Shown here in pieces: positions 51,501 to 64,000 of a DNA stretch of 64,000 bases (position 1 is the first letter of the stretch; every line of letters starts with the position of its first letter). The notes under the pieces are model-generated. The model was given only the letters and a program-made list of their open reading frames with translations, had not been told where the DNA came from and did not search any database. Origin of the DNA: Podarcis filfolensis (lineage: Eukaryota); NCBI GenBank assembly GCA_964270895.1, contig OZ185435.1. One strand, given 5' to 3'. Made by a program: the position numbers and the translations under genes.

Positions 51501-54500
51501 AGCAAAAAGGCATAAATTTACAGTCTGTGAAGGATTCCACTACGTCAAATTAATAAGCAACAAATTTTATTAGAATTCTTTGATAAAATAAGTCTTTAAA
51601 AGAATGCAGGAGCAATTACTGTTATTCAAGTTCTTAAAAATACATTCAGTTAATCCTGTTCAGGTGATTTACCCAATTAAGGTAAGATATAGTTTCATAT
51701 TATGCTAACTGATGTTTACAGGAAGTCTCCCTTTCATCTGAAAATGCAGGATTATAGCTGGGCAATTTTTATCTGAAAGGATAAAAATATATACAAGAAA
51801 TCCAATAGGAATTTGCTCTGCTGTTTTATTTGCTTTGTATGATTAGACATCACTTCCCAAAAGACCTCAAGCCATGTAAGAGCAGTAAATAATTAATAAA
51901 ACCATTTTACTATCGATACCTTGAGTGAACGCTCCAAGCTCAATTTGGACAGCAGCCTTTTTCTATTGTCGTTTAGCATGCCATCAATTTTTCTCATATG
52001 AGGCAAAAGCAGCTCATCTGAAAAAGCAGAACACAATGTATGACACTTCAAAGCAAAGCAAGCACTGGCCAGAAGCAGAAGAGGTAAGAAAAAGAATCAC
52101 GAACAAGCTCAGTAAAATATACCCAGGTGACTCAAACAAGTTAATCTGTATTTGTAATCTATATTTCAACCTATTTTGTATTTTATATATTGGAGTTTAC
52201 TGTATACAGCTTAGATAATCAGTTTGAAGCAGAATCTAAACAAGCAAGATCTCTTGCTTGCCTAGATGGGAGGATTGAGGGATGTGCGTATAGAAACCTG
52301 ACTTTTGCATGACTGGAATTAGCCTACAATACAAAGAGTCAAATCTGCCTACCCAACTTTGCCTCTGGCCCCTCCCACCATTGGCATGTGGCCGCTCCCC
52401 CTAGAAGGCTGCCCCTACCAGTGATCTACAGACTACCGTTTGGGACCCCAGAACTCTAAATGCTTGTGATCTTAAGCTGATGTCTTATCCGTTCCTTGAA
52501 CAAAGATATCAGAAATAAGCTACACAAAGTGAAAGGTTGAACACACTGTACCATTGCTCCTCTCCAACGCCAGCATAGTATCTGGATCCAAGGCAATACT
52601 AACAAGCAGTTCCATGTAGCTCCTAAATGTTTCTTTCATAGCTCTGGTGTTCAAAAAACGAGCAATAATAGGAGCTGGAGGTGCAGTGTCTGAAATACAG
52701 TATCAGAAATACAAATATATTGTTCCAATTGCATTTTGTTTACAGGCCTAGAAATTTATTACGATTCTGGTGACCTCTAGTGACCATTCAAAGAAATACA
52801 GATGGTTGTTGTTGTTTAGTCGTGTCCGACTCTTCGTGACCCCATGGACCAGAGCACACCAGGCACTCCTGTCTTCCACTGCCTCCCGCAGTTTGGTCAG
52901 AACAGATGGTTAGTATGCATTATTTTAGTAAGGACTGAGCTGTTAAGATCCTTAACAGTTGAAAAAAAGCTTCAAATAATTTAAACAAGAACAACAAAAT
53001 ATGGATTCTTACTGGATTAGTTATAAGCTGAAAAACAGTGCTTAGGAGGAGTTATTTATGATTATACTGCATTCAAATTCAAGCTTAAACGTTTTCTTCA
53101 TTTTGGAAAATTAGCATCCTTTGCTTTGAAAACCTAAATGAAACATCTGAAAACAACATGGCTGCTACAGAAGAATTAACCAATGCCCAAACACACTGCA
53201 AGTGCCACTTAAAATTAAATGTCAAATAAGTCATTCCTAATAAGGACAGTGGAGTGGAGACTTGGGAGAAACCTTTCTGCCTGACAGAAATTGCCAAAGG
53301 TCAAACCAATCCACAGAGTGTTACTGACCCTATAGCCAACACTGCCTGCCTCATCTCTTAGATGCCTATGTGTTCTTGAGCATGCTGTCTGCAAAGAGTT
53401 GCAAATGTGTTGGCGTTCCATGCGATTGGGCTTCCCAACCATGCAGGGTGCTTATACATGCATAGCTGTATGCATGTAAGCATCCCTTCCCAGACACTGA
53501 GCTCAACAAACAAACATTTGGTAACGTTGAGCTGGGTCCAAGAGGTGCAGCCCCTGTTCCCTCCTCCCTATGCAAAGTAAATGCGTGCTGGCAATGTTTG
53601 CATAAGACTCCACTCATCCCACGTTATGAAGCAATATTAAAAAAAGTTGACCTCTTCACAAATGGTGGCTTTGAAATGTTCACAATTACCATGCGACAAA
53701 ACGGCAAATGACATTTTGTGACGCAATGATGTTTTGTTCTACTAAAAGCGGGGAGGAAGAGCAGCACCAAAAGCAAGAGAAGTCATGAAAGAGGCTGAGC
53801 CTCAAAGTGGTGCCAGTAATAAATCTTTACAAAATATAGTTTTTGCAAAATAAAGTCCAATGTGTTTCGGTTAAAAGCAACCTTCTTCAGGACACTTATT
53901 AAGAATGAGATTTTCCAATCAAGTTAGCACCTCTCCACCAAGTTTTGCTGAGAAATTTGAAAAAGCTTATTAATTTTTTTGGAAGATATTACATAATCAG
54001 AACACCTAGTTTTGACATTGTGGCACTTACCTTCCTCGTCACTCTGGAGTTGAGGGGCAGGGGGCAATTCTTCTTTCCATGTTTTCCGTTTCTTTGGTGG
54101 TGGTTCTGCCTTTATCTTTGGCTGCTTAGCTTTGGGTTTCACTACAGAAACTTTTGTTGTTGCAGGTGTAGTTTTTGATGCTGGAGGCTCAGGAGATTTG
54201 TTGATGCTAGTGCTTGGCTTACAATGGACAGGCCTACAAAATGAAAGCGAGAGTAAATGAAAGGAACTATTGCGAGTACGAGTTTCACCTTTATAAACTG
54301 AATTAACCTCATTTAGGTTATTCATTAATTTAACCTCTATTATTCTCTCTGCATTAATGCCTTTATGGACTTTTACTCCATTTTCACCTCCAGACAAGCA
54401 CAATTGTTTAAATGATCTAACTACTGGGAAAGATCCACTCCAGCATGAGAAGACCTCTTCCACTCATGCAACAGGGCTTCTCCTTCTCATCCTCCCCCTG

Positions 54501-56256
54501 AACTCTGCACCCACCCAAAAAACAAATCTGCTCCAGAATGGTGGAGCAGCTGATTTTGAGAGCACAGTGAGAGGAACTGGATGAGGAAGAAGTCCTGTTG
54601 CAAAGCAGGTTTCCATTGTGCAAGTGAGTGGTCATGATTAGATATAGCACACCAGTTCTGAAGATCTTGTTAGCTGGTAATCTGATGTTCAAATTCACTC
54701 ATGCATACGCCAGGTTGCTCCTACCCAACCATTATCTGCTGAAAGACTAACTAGTAGAATTTTGTGAATGGGAGAAAGAAGGAATGTCGCTTCTCATTTA
54801 ACAGCAACCAAGCTCCACAGAAGGAACTAAGAGGAAACCCAAAGAATGACACTAATCTGAAAAATATTGGCTGGGGAAAAATGTATCTATGAACAACATC
54901 ACACAACTATGGTTTAGAGCACTGCCAATGGGCTGTAGAGAGTCTTAGGGTCATGAGCTCATCATAATTCAATTTGTAATTCAATTCAGTTGTAAGGCAG
55001 CTTGCAACATGAAAAGATTCACATAATTATAAACATAAGTAGTCACAAACAATAAACAAAGCACCATAAGATCCATAAGATCCAAAAATTATTAGCAATA
55101 ACAGCAACAACCCCCCCCCAAAGCAATACTCCAACCCCAGAGTCTGTTCAGCAGCCTCAGCTTTCGTAGCTAGAGTCTGTCAGGGCCCCTCCTTCCCAAA
55201 CCAGGTGGAAAAAAGCTAGCAAAGCAGGGAGCAGGTCTTCCTGGACTCAGAGCCAAGATGCTCCCGTTCTGTTCTCCATTGTACACAAGGAGAGTGAAAG
55301 TTCCATATTCTCTTTTACCTAAACCTCAGTTCCCAAAGTTTGTACATAATGGGAAATAATGGTTTAGTCAAAAGTGAGCGAAGATACTTTCCCTCCTCCC
55401 TCCTCTTATACACGGAAGAGAACCATGCATGCCCAAAGTGTGTAATTACGCAAACCAGTCCATGTTTTCAGTCTATTCTATTTGTTGAAACTACAAATAA
55501 ATATTATGGATGTCTGCTGTAAAAAAATACAAAAATATTTCTATTAAAATCTACAAATATTAAAGCTTTTCTATTTGACACTTTATTTTATCAAAATAAA
55601 ATACCTTGCAGACGGCACAGGCTTATTTCTGGGTCTCTTGGAACACACTCTGACGTACTCTTTCTTGTTTGTATTTTCTATAAACTTCACGTACACTCTT
55701 TTGTACTTTGATTTTGCATCTCCAAAATACCCAAGATACTGCAACGAGAAAAAACGCAGACATAGCACATGCAGATTCTTGCACTCAATTTTGTACAGGA
55801 TAATTTATATTTAAGTTTAAATAATGGGTTGCGTCTAGATATAAGTGTGAGCACAAGGCATCTATCCCTCCTGAGGGTCCTCCAGGAAAGGGCTGGGATG
55901 TAACATGGGGGAGCTGAAGTACCGTATTTTTCCCTCTATAACACGCAGATTTTTTCTCCTAAAAAGGAAGGGGAAATGTCTGTGCGTGTTATTGAGCGAA
56001 TGTGTGGTCCCTGGAGCCAAATGGCAAAAAAAATCAGGCAAAAATCAAATCGCGCATCTCGGAGAAGGGAAACCTGAAAAGAGGAAGTGGCTGCTTTCCT
56101 GCATTCTGCCTCAGGGTCTTACTGCCCACCCTCCTCTGTTTCCTTGCTGTGTTTGCTCAAACGGAACAAAGAGCAGGGAAAGCCCCTCCCCTCCAGGCAA
56201 GCAGAGGGGAAAGCAGAGTGTCGTCTCTGTGCTCCGGTGCTGCTGAAAACATGCAG

Positions 56257-56293
<37 letters not shown>

Positions 56294-59200
56294 GGCTGGC
56301 TTGGGTGGGTAGGTGAGGGAAAACTTTTGCCTTCCTTTCCTCCCTCCCGTTATACCCCTCTCCTGCATTCTTAGCCAGCTGCTTCTCTGCACACCCCTCT
56401 CGTGCTCCTTGTCCATTCTGTATTTTTCCTTCCTTCCCCACTTAAAATGTGGTTAAAAAGCATGGATCCACATGGATCCTCAGGATCTTTGCATTGGGTC
56501 ACCCCAAATTCACCATCAGATCACATAGCATGTCCATGGCTACAGCCTGCCCCCCAAAAATCACACACACACTGTTGCCTGGGGCTGCAATGGTGCAAAA
56601 ATGTGGTTAAAAAGCATGGATCCACATGGATCCTCAGGATCTTTGCATTGGGTCACCCCAAATTCACCATCAGATCACATAGCATGTCCATGGCTACAGC
56701 CTGCCCCCCCCCCAAATCACGCACCCACTGTTGCCTGGGGCTGCAATGGTGCAAAAACGTGGTTACAAAACATGGATCCTCAGGATCTTTGCATTGGGTC
56801 ACCCCAAATTCACCATCAGAGCACATAGCATGTCCATGGCTACAGCCTGCCCCCCCCCAAAATCACACACCCACTGTTGCCTGGGGCTGCAATGGTGCAA
56901 AAACGTGGTTACAAAGCATGGATCCACAGGGATTCTCAGGATTTTTGCATTGGGTCACCCCAAATTCACCATCAGATCACATGTCTGTGGCCACAGCATG
57001 AAGCACAAAAATGATACATCCACTGTTTCATTCAGAATGTTTTTTCCCTTGTTTTCCTCCTCTAAAAACGATGTGCGTGTTATGGTCAGGTGCGTGTTAT
57101 CGAGCGAAAAATACGGTAGGTGGGAACTAAGCCCAAGAGAGGCAGTGTAATAATGCACAGCCAAAAAAAAAAAAAAAAAAAGCTAACACTACTTTAGGCA
57201 GTATCAACAGAAATATAGTGCCCTGATCAAGGGCACTATTCTGTCTTGGTCAGACCTCACCTGGAGTACTGTGTCCCAACTTTGGGTACCACAATTTAAG
57301 CAGGATATTGACCAGCGAGAACATATGCAGAGGAGGGCAACCAAGATGATCAAGGGTCTGGAAGCCATGCCTATTTTATTTATTTATAATAAATTTGTAT
57401 ACCACCTTTCATCTTTAGATATCAGGGTGGTTCAGAATATTAAAAAATACAATATGAGGAATGGTTGAGGAAAATGGGTATGTTTAGCTGATAAAGAAGA
57501 GAGTGAGAGAAGATATCATAGCCATCTTCAAATATCCAAAGAGGGGAAAAGCTTGTTTCCTCCTGCTCCAGAGGCTAGGACCCAAACTAATGGATTTAGG
57601 AGATTCTGACTAAATATCAGGAAAATGTTTGATGGTAAGAGCTGTTGGACAGTGGAACAGATTCCCGCAAGAGGAGATGGACTCTTCTCCTTTGGAGGTT
57701 TTTAAGCAGAGACTGGATGGCCATCTGTCCTGCATGATCTAGTTGAGATTCCTGCATTGCATGGAGTTGGACTAGATGTTCCTCGGGATCCCCTCCAATG
57801 CTATGGGTAGAGTTTTCACTTGCGAAAAGTCTTGATGCAACCAAATAAATAGAGTTAAGCTTATCACACACACTCCAAGTTAAAAGAATCAGCACATAAA
57901 ACTTAGATCATGTATTCATCACTAAGTAAGAAGAATGTCTAATAGGTTACTCTTTTATAAGCACATCCTTTAGCCTGAAGGTTTTGGTAGAATTCAACAC
58001 ACCAGTTTAGCTCAAAGGCACATAATATGTAACGTGCCTGGCCTGTGTTTCTGAAGCTTAAGGCATTAGGTGCTCATTTACAGTTGGGAGAATTAGAAAT
58101 GATCCTTCAGTGGGGGAATAAAAGACCCAGTGGCCTTTCAAGTGGTTTCCGATTATTACAGTTAGTAACCACACATTACCTGATTTGCACATCACAGCAG
58201 GTTATGGCTGCCATGAACAAGGAGTGGAGCAAGCAATGAATGCCTGGGAAGGGGAGAAGGAGGAGGTGGCAGCAGCAGGAACACTCCTTTCTGCCACCCG
58301 TGGTCTATGAAAGAACTTCTATTATCATAGTGACTACAATGCCACAGGGTTCTTTGTTGCTGAGTACCAAGATTAATGTGGAATCCTTGTACGTACACTG
58401 TTAGTAGCTGTGAACTCTCTCTGTCCATCTCGTACTTCAGGAACAAACTTCTGCAACAAAGCTTTTTGAACCTTCCAGATGGCTGGAGGCTCCGTTCCTG
58501 TTTTTAAAGCAACCTGCAAGGGGAAAAAGCAAATAAAAGCAACCATTTCAATTAGTTTTATGCAGCTGAAGTGATTAGTTCCAACTGCACCCTACCTTCA
58601 TGAGTTTGTATATTTTACACAGTATTTTATGTTTTCCATAGCAGCTCTCAACACATACTGTAATGATTGCAATTGCCACTTGAAGGTCAAACTGAAGGGT
58701 GTGGGCCTTCCCAAGCATATAAATTAAGACCTTTGGCCCTCAAAATATTGCTAGACTACAACTCCCATCATCCCTATTGACTATGCTGGCGGGGCCAATG
58801 GGAATGGGAGACCAACAGCATCTAATAGGCCACAGCAGGTTTGCCACCCCTGGTATACATGAACATAATACTTCTCATGGGAAAACCCAGCACTACATCC
58901 ACTGCACCACACTACCACAAGCCCCTCTTCCATTATTTTGAAGTCGTGACAACTAAACAGCAAATGGAAATATCTCATATTTGTGATATTTCCAGTGAAC
59001 TACCCTGAGACCTACGGGTATAGGGTGGTATATAAATTCAATAAAATAAAATAAAATAAAAACACACACACCTCCCCCCCCAATTTAATGTTTTAATAAG
59101 GCCATTTGAAAATGCTCTAAAATTATATAGAACTATCAAAACCCAACCAAACAGTATTTACTGCAGATCTGAATACAGCAGAACGTCAGGTTACATTACC

Positions 59201-62200
59201 CTTGGGTAGCGTAAACTTCAGGTTGCGAAAGCAGCAAACCCAGAAGTGTTTTGCCACTTGCGCATGCGCAGAAGCGGTCTCTCTGATTGCGAAAACTTCA
59301 GGATACGGCTGGACCTCTGAAATGTATTCTGTTCGCAACCAGAGGTACCACTATACAAGTAAACGACAATGAGAATTGTCATATCTGCCCCAGAGATGAT
59401 ATTGAGTTAACAAGTTGTTTGGAGGGTGGGCTGCTGTTTTCTTCCTTGTTTTTAAGAAAGTGATGGGCACAACTATAGCCTGTCAGCTCAGGCATCACGC
59501 AAAACTAATCGCCAGAAACCCACTGAAACTATAGTTTCCACTTCTGGTTTAATGGCCAATTTCAAACCATGGTCTATCAACTTAGATATCAAGCAAAACC
59601 AGTTAAATTTCCTAAACAATGTTTTAGTAGGATCTCAATTTGTGTCTCCATGTAACATATGCATTTATAAACGCTAGTCCCTTGTTAGCAGAAAAGATTT
59701 GTACATATTTACAGTAAAGTACCAAAAATGTCAAAACTACAAGATACCAAGAAAAGGTATCTTACACATAGCAGGAAATACTCTTTGATCAGTGTGTTCT
59801 CTTAAATTGCTCAAAGCAAAATTATTGATTACCTTTAGTAATTCTATATCTTCAATCTTCACTACAAATTCATCACGTTCTCTGTACACGCCCTCGCCTC
59901 CACTTTCTCCGTCGTCGTCCTCAATATATCCTTCTATTGCAGCAGTTGCCTGTGTTTTTGCTAAGTGTTCTGTAAGAACTCTGCCCATCTCATGTTGCAC
60001 TAAACACATTTTCACCTGAGAATCTGCCACAGATCTAGTTGTTTCAGAAGATTCCTTCCTTACGACAGTATTGGTGGTGGCATTAGATAAAGTCTTGATG
60101 ATTTCTGAAGTAAAAAACCAAGCATTTTTTCATATTTCAATTAACAACTCTTTTCAGCTTATCGTAAGCCACTTAAAAATTGTTACTGAGTAGAACAAAA
60201 CGCTAGTTCCGCTGATGACATTAGGAGGATCCCCTATCTGAAATCCTAGGCTACTGTATGTCTAACATTTACTTTTCATTAAAAATTAGTGCAGCATACC
60301 AGAAAAAGACTGAAGCTTCAACACCATGCCCCAAAAGAAATCAAGACACCCTCAAATTTGAAAGGTTTGCTGCTTTGAACTACATATGGAAGAAATTGGA
60401 TCCTCAAGGTGCTAAAAGGGAATGCAAACAGACAAGACCACACCCATCTTTTAATATGTATGATAAATGTGTTGCGGTAAATCTAAGGTGGACTGGGATT
60501 TTTCAAAGTTGAATTTGTCTCTTAACACACGATCAAGAGCTTAGCTTTGTGGAGACACTTTCAAAGGTAAGACTTGGACACAAAATATTCATCCTAAAAT
60601 AAAAAGGACAGTTACTTAATAAAAAGGACAGATATTGAATTATTTATCTTGTGCAGCATAGGATATGGCTCATTGTGTTACTGTTTATGCACCGTGAATA
60701 GGGAAAATAAACTTTTTTATAAAAAAAAGCTTAGGCATTAAAATGACCCTTAAGAACAGAATGATTGTGTAAAGTCACATAAACATATTACAACATTTTT
60801 TAAGCGTTCAGTATGAATTTATATCAAACCAAATTAAATCAGGCCTATAGGTTGTATCCAATGCAGCTTACACTGCTGACTTCTGTGCATAAAAACATAC
60901 CTTCCTCTTCTGGCTTCTCCAGCCCCTGTGCTGGATAAATCTTATCCAGAGGGGTAGGGGATCCTCTAGAACAGAGTTTGGGGTTGTGTGGTGGAAGGAA
61001 GCACTGTTGCATGAGTGGAACTGTTTGCACAGCACTGGACGAAAACCACTGTTTCCCAATACAGATAGTGGAATGTGACAACACTTACAACCATTTTCAA
61101 GAAAGCTAAATGACTTCCAAGTATATTTTCCCCTGTCAGGATCCTGCTTTGCCTAAATAACAGTGAAATATAGATATCTGTATACAGCATTTGGGATAAG
61201 CAAGAGCGAATCATTTGAATCTTTTACTTAAGTTATTTTAAAACCAGATCCACATATCCAATTGTGAACAAAATAATCTTTACCTGATTTTTTCTTTTTA
61301 TCAGAAGCATCGTCCAAAGTTGACAATGCAGAAGTGATGCACTTTTGAAGATCCTGGTTAGCCCCTACAGAATCTTCATCAGAAGAAAACGATGGCAATG
61401 CTTCTGAATTTTTCTTCAATTCTTCATCACCCTTTCTGTTTGAACATTCAGTGCTGCTCTCAAGTGAGGCAGAAGGTGCTGCTGCTGCCATGTGAGGTTT
61501 TGAAAGCGGATGTGGACAAGGTGCTCTAACAACAGGGGTAACAGGTCTCCGCACACGACTGGGAACACGCACAGGAGGAGCTGAAAACTGTTGCCTGGGT
61601 CCACCTTTTAAGAAATCTAAAAAAGATGCAATGAATCCTGTTCTGACTTCTGGTTGTTTTTCTTCCACCTCTTTTATTTTTTGCCTCATTTTCTCTTGAT
61701 GTTGGTAAGTTTCATGGCAGCTTTCAGGAGCAGGGGAATATGGCAAGGCAGCATCAGTTCCTCTTGAATTTTGACGTTTGCACTGTCCACTGCGCTTCAA
61801 TTGCTTCTGGTGCATGCCATCTTCGTTGGCAGTTTTAAGCTGATTTTGTCCCCTGTCCTTTTGCTTCTGAAGTTCCTCTTGTGATAAATCTTGGCTCTTG
61901 CCTTCAGCTCTGCTGCCATTTTCATCACCTGGTTGTTGCATAGATATTGGCTGCAGTGGAACTTTAGTTTTGCTTCCTGTCACAGTGTTGTCACTTTCCA
62001 TGTTAAAAACACCATGGGGTGCGGCACTCTCATTTCGAGCCCTTCCACTTAAAACAAGATCTATATCTTTTACATTTATTGTACTATCCATATGAACACC
62101 GTTTTTATCTTCACATTCATTACCAATGCCAGACTGCTGCTTAACTAAGCCAGGAACCTGTTCGTGCCTCTGTTCAAGCTCTGAGGTAGCAACTCTAGTA

Positions 62201-64000
62201 GGAATGCTGTGATCAGGAGTCTCAAGGTGTTGTTGCTCAAGGCTCCTATTTTTTGGCTGCATTGTAGGCACTGCTGTTAGGTTTAGTGTAACCTGGCCTC
62301 CATTTAAAGAAACATTGTTTATGTTCAGTGGCTTTCCAACAACAGTTGATGAGTTGTTGAAGCTAGAAGTCACATGTCTGACATCCATTGTCTGGAACTG
62401 AGACTTAGAATTGTCCCCGTTCTCAACTGACTGGATATTTTCTTCATTAGCCGTAGATTTGGCAAATTCAGACGTTGTTCCTACACAAGCTGCAGCTGTT
62501 GCTGCCAAGATATCTTCCACATTAGACAGTATATTCCTCTCATCATTGAGAAGCATAGACTCTGGAAAACATACAGAACTAAGGGAAACAAACTGATTCT
62601 TAGATTCATGATCTGGCCGCACAAAATTCTCTTTCAATGTCAAGTGTTGCTGTAGTGGCTTTGATGGTTCAGAAATGTTCATTTTCATAACTTCAGAGTT
62701 CTGAGAATGAAGCTGCTGCTGAGAATGTCCTCCATTACTCTGAATCATATGACCATCTATGTGAAGGAATGGGTGAGTCACCTGCTGAGAACCCTGAAGG
62801 CGCTGCTGGACTTGTGAAGAACCTTTCGTGTGGCCCAAGCCAGATTGTAGCATTGACTGCTGAAGCATTTGCAAATCACAGGCAGATTCTAGAAGAACGT
62901 GTGCACCAGGCAAACACAGCTGCTGGCCATGTCTTATGGCTTGACTGTGAAGCTGTGGTGGTGTGCTCATGACTTGGCCCTGTCGCTCTGATGCTTTCGC
63001 TTCATGTACTTTATGCAGAAGAGAATGCTGCTGGCTGAGTTCTTTAGAATCCACATTTACTTGGGTTGTTGGCAATAAATTAGCTGCCTTTTTAATATCA
63101 TGGCTTCCTACGTTAGTGATATGGCCAATTTGCTGGGTGAGCTGTGCCACAGAACTAACCATTCTTTCGTCTTTTTTTGATTCCTGAAAAGTAAGCCCAA
63201 CAACTTGATCTTCAAGACGAGAGTTACTCCTGATTACACTTTGAGAATACCTATTATCTGCTTTGGAAACTTTGTAATTTGTATCCTGAGCATTGACTTC
63301 ATCATCGGTTAGCCTCTGAGTGGAGGAATCCAAAGATGTTTGCTGTTGCAACGCCTGCATATCTTGCATTGGGAACTGTTCATCTTGCTTACACGTTTGA
63401 TATAAGTTAGGGTCAGATTCCCTTTTGATGTATAACTTAGTATCTGAGGAAGACCTGTTGTTCTGCAATGCCTGTGACTGAGCTGGCATTGCAAAAGAAG
63501 TTGACTGGACAACTGGCAAAAACTTTTGAGACTGTGGAGAAGATGGCTCTTGTGCCTGAGAATGTAAAGAAATATAGTTCTGGGGAGGGCTCGAGGCTGA
63601 CAAGTTCTGAACATGTGGAGAAGAATATGGAAGAGATGGCGACGTTAATGTTGTGTATGTTTCTGAAGGACTAACCACTGACAAAACCTGTGATTGAGAT
63701 GAATAGTTGCCTTGGGATCTGCTAATGGTTGACAAACCCTGAGAATGACTAGAAGAGTAATTTTGAGATTGGCTGACTGAAGAAAGATCCGTTTGCCCAG
63801 AGTAACTGCCATTTGAAATTGAACTTAATACCTGTTGATCAGAAGAATAGCTTAGTGTCTGGCTATCTGAAGTAATTGCCTGTGATTGCCCAGGAAAAGC
63901 AAGTGTTTTGTACAGTGGTGGCAGCTTCTCAACCTTGATGGCTGAGAATGCTTGTGCATGACTGACTGGTGGCACATTCTGCGATTGCGTTGAAACATAG
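48390..64000 (-). CDS. QSER1: Glutamine and serine-rich protein 1, 5'-partial spliced CDS (~1355 aa visible): complement(join(48390..48530,49680..49775,51338..51490,51920..52017,52552..52689,54031..54233,55605..55738,58397..58513,59833..60104,61284..>64000))
   Basis: Ten exons, all GT-AG with consistent phases. Peptides match recalled QSER1: [100 protein letters not shown]. Synteny with DEPDC7 and TCP11L1. Confidence 0.96.
48803..49385 (+). mobile_element. L2 LINE 3' remnant in the last QSER1 intron
   Basis: [42 protein letters not shown] (ORF 48878..49144), followed by an AT-rich tail. Confidence 0.8.
49680..49775 (-). CDS. QSER1: QSER1 exon ([32 protein letters not shown])
   Basis: 96 nt, read manually, AG/GT flanks. 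Confidence 0.95.
51338..51490 (-). CDS. QSER1: QSER1 exon ([15 protein letters not shown]...KLAQ)
   Basis: 153 nt, AG/GT flanks. Confidence 0.95.
51920..52017 (-). CDS. QSER1: QSER1 exon ([22 protein letters not shown]...)
   Basis: 98 nt, read manually, AG/GT flanks. Confidence 0.95.
52552..52689 (-). CDS. QSER1: QSER1 exon ([35 protein letters not shown]...)
   Basis: 138 nt, read manually, AG/GT flanks. Confidence 0.95.
52808..52901 (-). mobile_element. Short BovB 3'-end copy (~94 bp) with 10-bp TSD ACAGATGGTT
   Basis: Reverse complement of the BovB tail seen at 31290-31388; ACAGATGGTT at 52798-52807 and 52902-52911. Confidence 0.88.
54031..54233 (-). CDS. QSER1: QSER1 exon (PVHCKP...[17 protein letters not shown]..., NLS-like PKKRK)
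   Basis: 203 nt, AG/GT flanks. Confidence 0.93.
55605..55738 (-). CDS. QSER1: QSER1 exon ([19 protein letters not shown]...)
   Basis: 134 nt, AG/GT flanks. Confidence 0.95.
55922..57116. mobile_element. Tc2-like MITE, 1195 bp, with an internal tandem array and (GA)n, in a QSER1 intron
   Basis: TA|CCGTATTTTTCCCTCTATAACACGCA ... TGCGTGTTATCGAGCGAAAAATACGG|TA. Confidence 0.85.
56444..56981. repeat. Tandem array, about 3.5 copies of a 146-156 bp unit
   Basis: Units start near 56444, 56598, 56754 and 56900 (aaaa(t/c)gtggtta...gggtcaccccaaattcaccatcaga...). Confidence 0.9.
57145..57805 (+). mobile_element. CR1 LINE 3' portion, interrupted at about 57372-57470 by an AT-rich insert
   Basis: Frameshifted LVRPHLEYC and [20 protein letters not shown], then the CR1 3' end (gagattcctgcattgc...). 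Confidence 0.85.
58397..58513 (-). CDS. QSER1: QSER1 exon ([23 protein letters not shown]...TNS)
   Basis: 117 nt, AG/GT flanks. Confidence 0.95.
59176..59353. mobile_element. Degenerate pogo/Tigger-like MITE, same TIR class as 737-968
   Basis: ta|cagcagaacgtcaggttac ... aaccagaggtaccacta|ta. Confidence 0.6.
59833..60104 (-). CDS. QSER1: QSER1 exon (IIKTLSN...[17 protein letters not shown])
   Basis: 272 nt, AG/GT flanks. Confidence 0.92.
61284..64000 (-). CDS. QSER1: QSER1 giant Gln/Ser-rich exon (5' end outside window)
   Basis: ORF 61228..63975 stays open to the window edge; donor TCAG|GTAAAG at 61284/61283. Confidence 0.96.

Noticed and set aside
56402-57150. 199 aa and 139 aa repetitive ORFs
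   Set aside because: They are translations of the tandem array inside a MITE.

Overview
Vertebrate genomic DNA. The repeat content (BovB/RTE, CR1, L2, L1, DIRS, many hAT and Tc1/mariner MITEs) suggests a squamate, probably a lacertid lizard (inference). It holds three spliced protein-coding genes, all on the minus strand, in the conserved order QSER1 - DEPDC7 - TCP11L1. QSER1 is partial: 10 exons, about 1355 codons visible, with the giant exon running off the right end. DEPDC7 is complete (9 coding exons, 523 aa) and TCP11L1 is complete (9 coding exons, 506 aa, plus a probable CpG-island first exon). I traced the exon boundaries by hand; phases are consistent and all CDS lengths close in frame. 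There are no prokaryotic features (CRISPR, rRNA, tRNA) and I found no convincing new multi-gene system. The most unusual observations are: (i) a strong-context upstream ATG in the putative TCP11L1 first exon that is in frame with the main ORF across the splice, separated from it by a single TGA; (ii) a GC-AG intron in DEPDC7; (iii) a TSD-flanked hAT MITE carrying a tail-less BovB fragment; (iv) two Tc2-like MITEs with homologous ends but different structured cargo; (v) a decayed DIRS element. Most other ORFs in the supplied track are antisense shadows, TE remnants or GC-rich noise.
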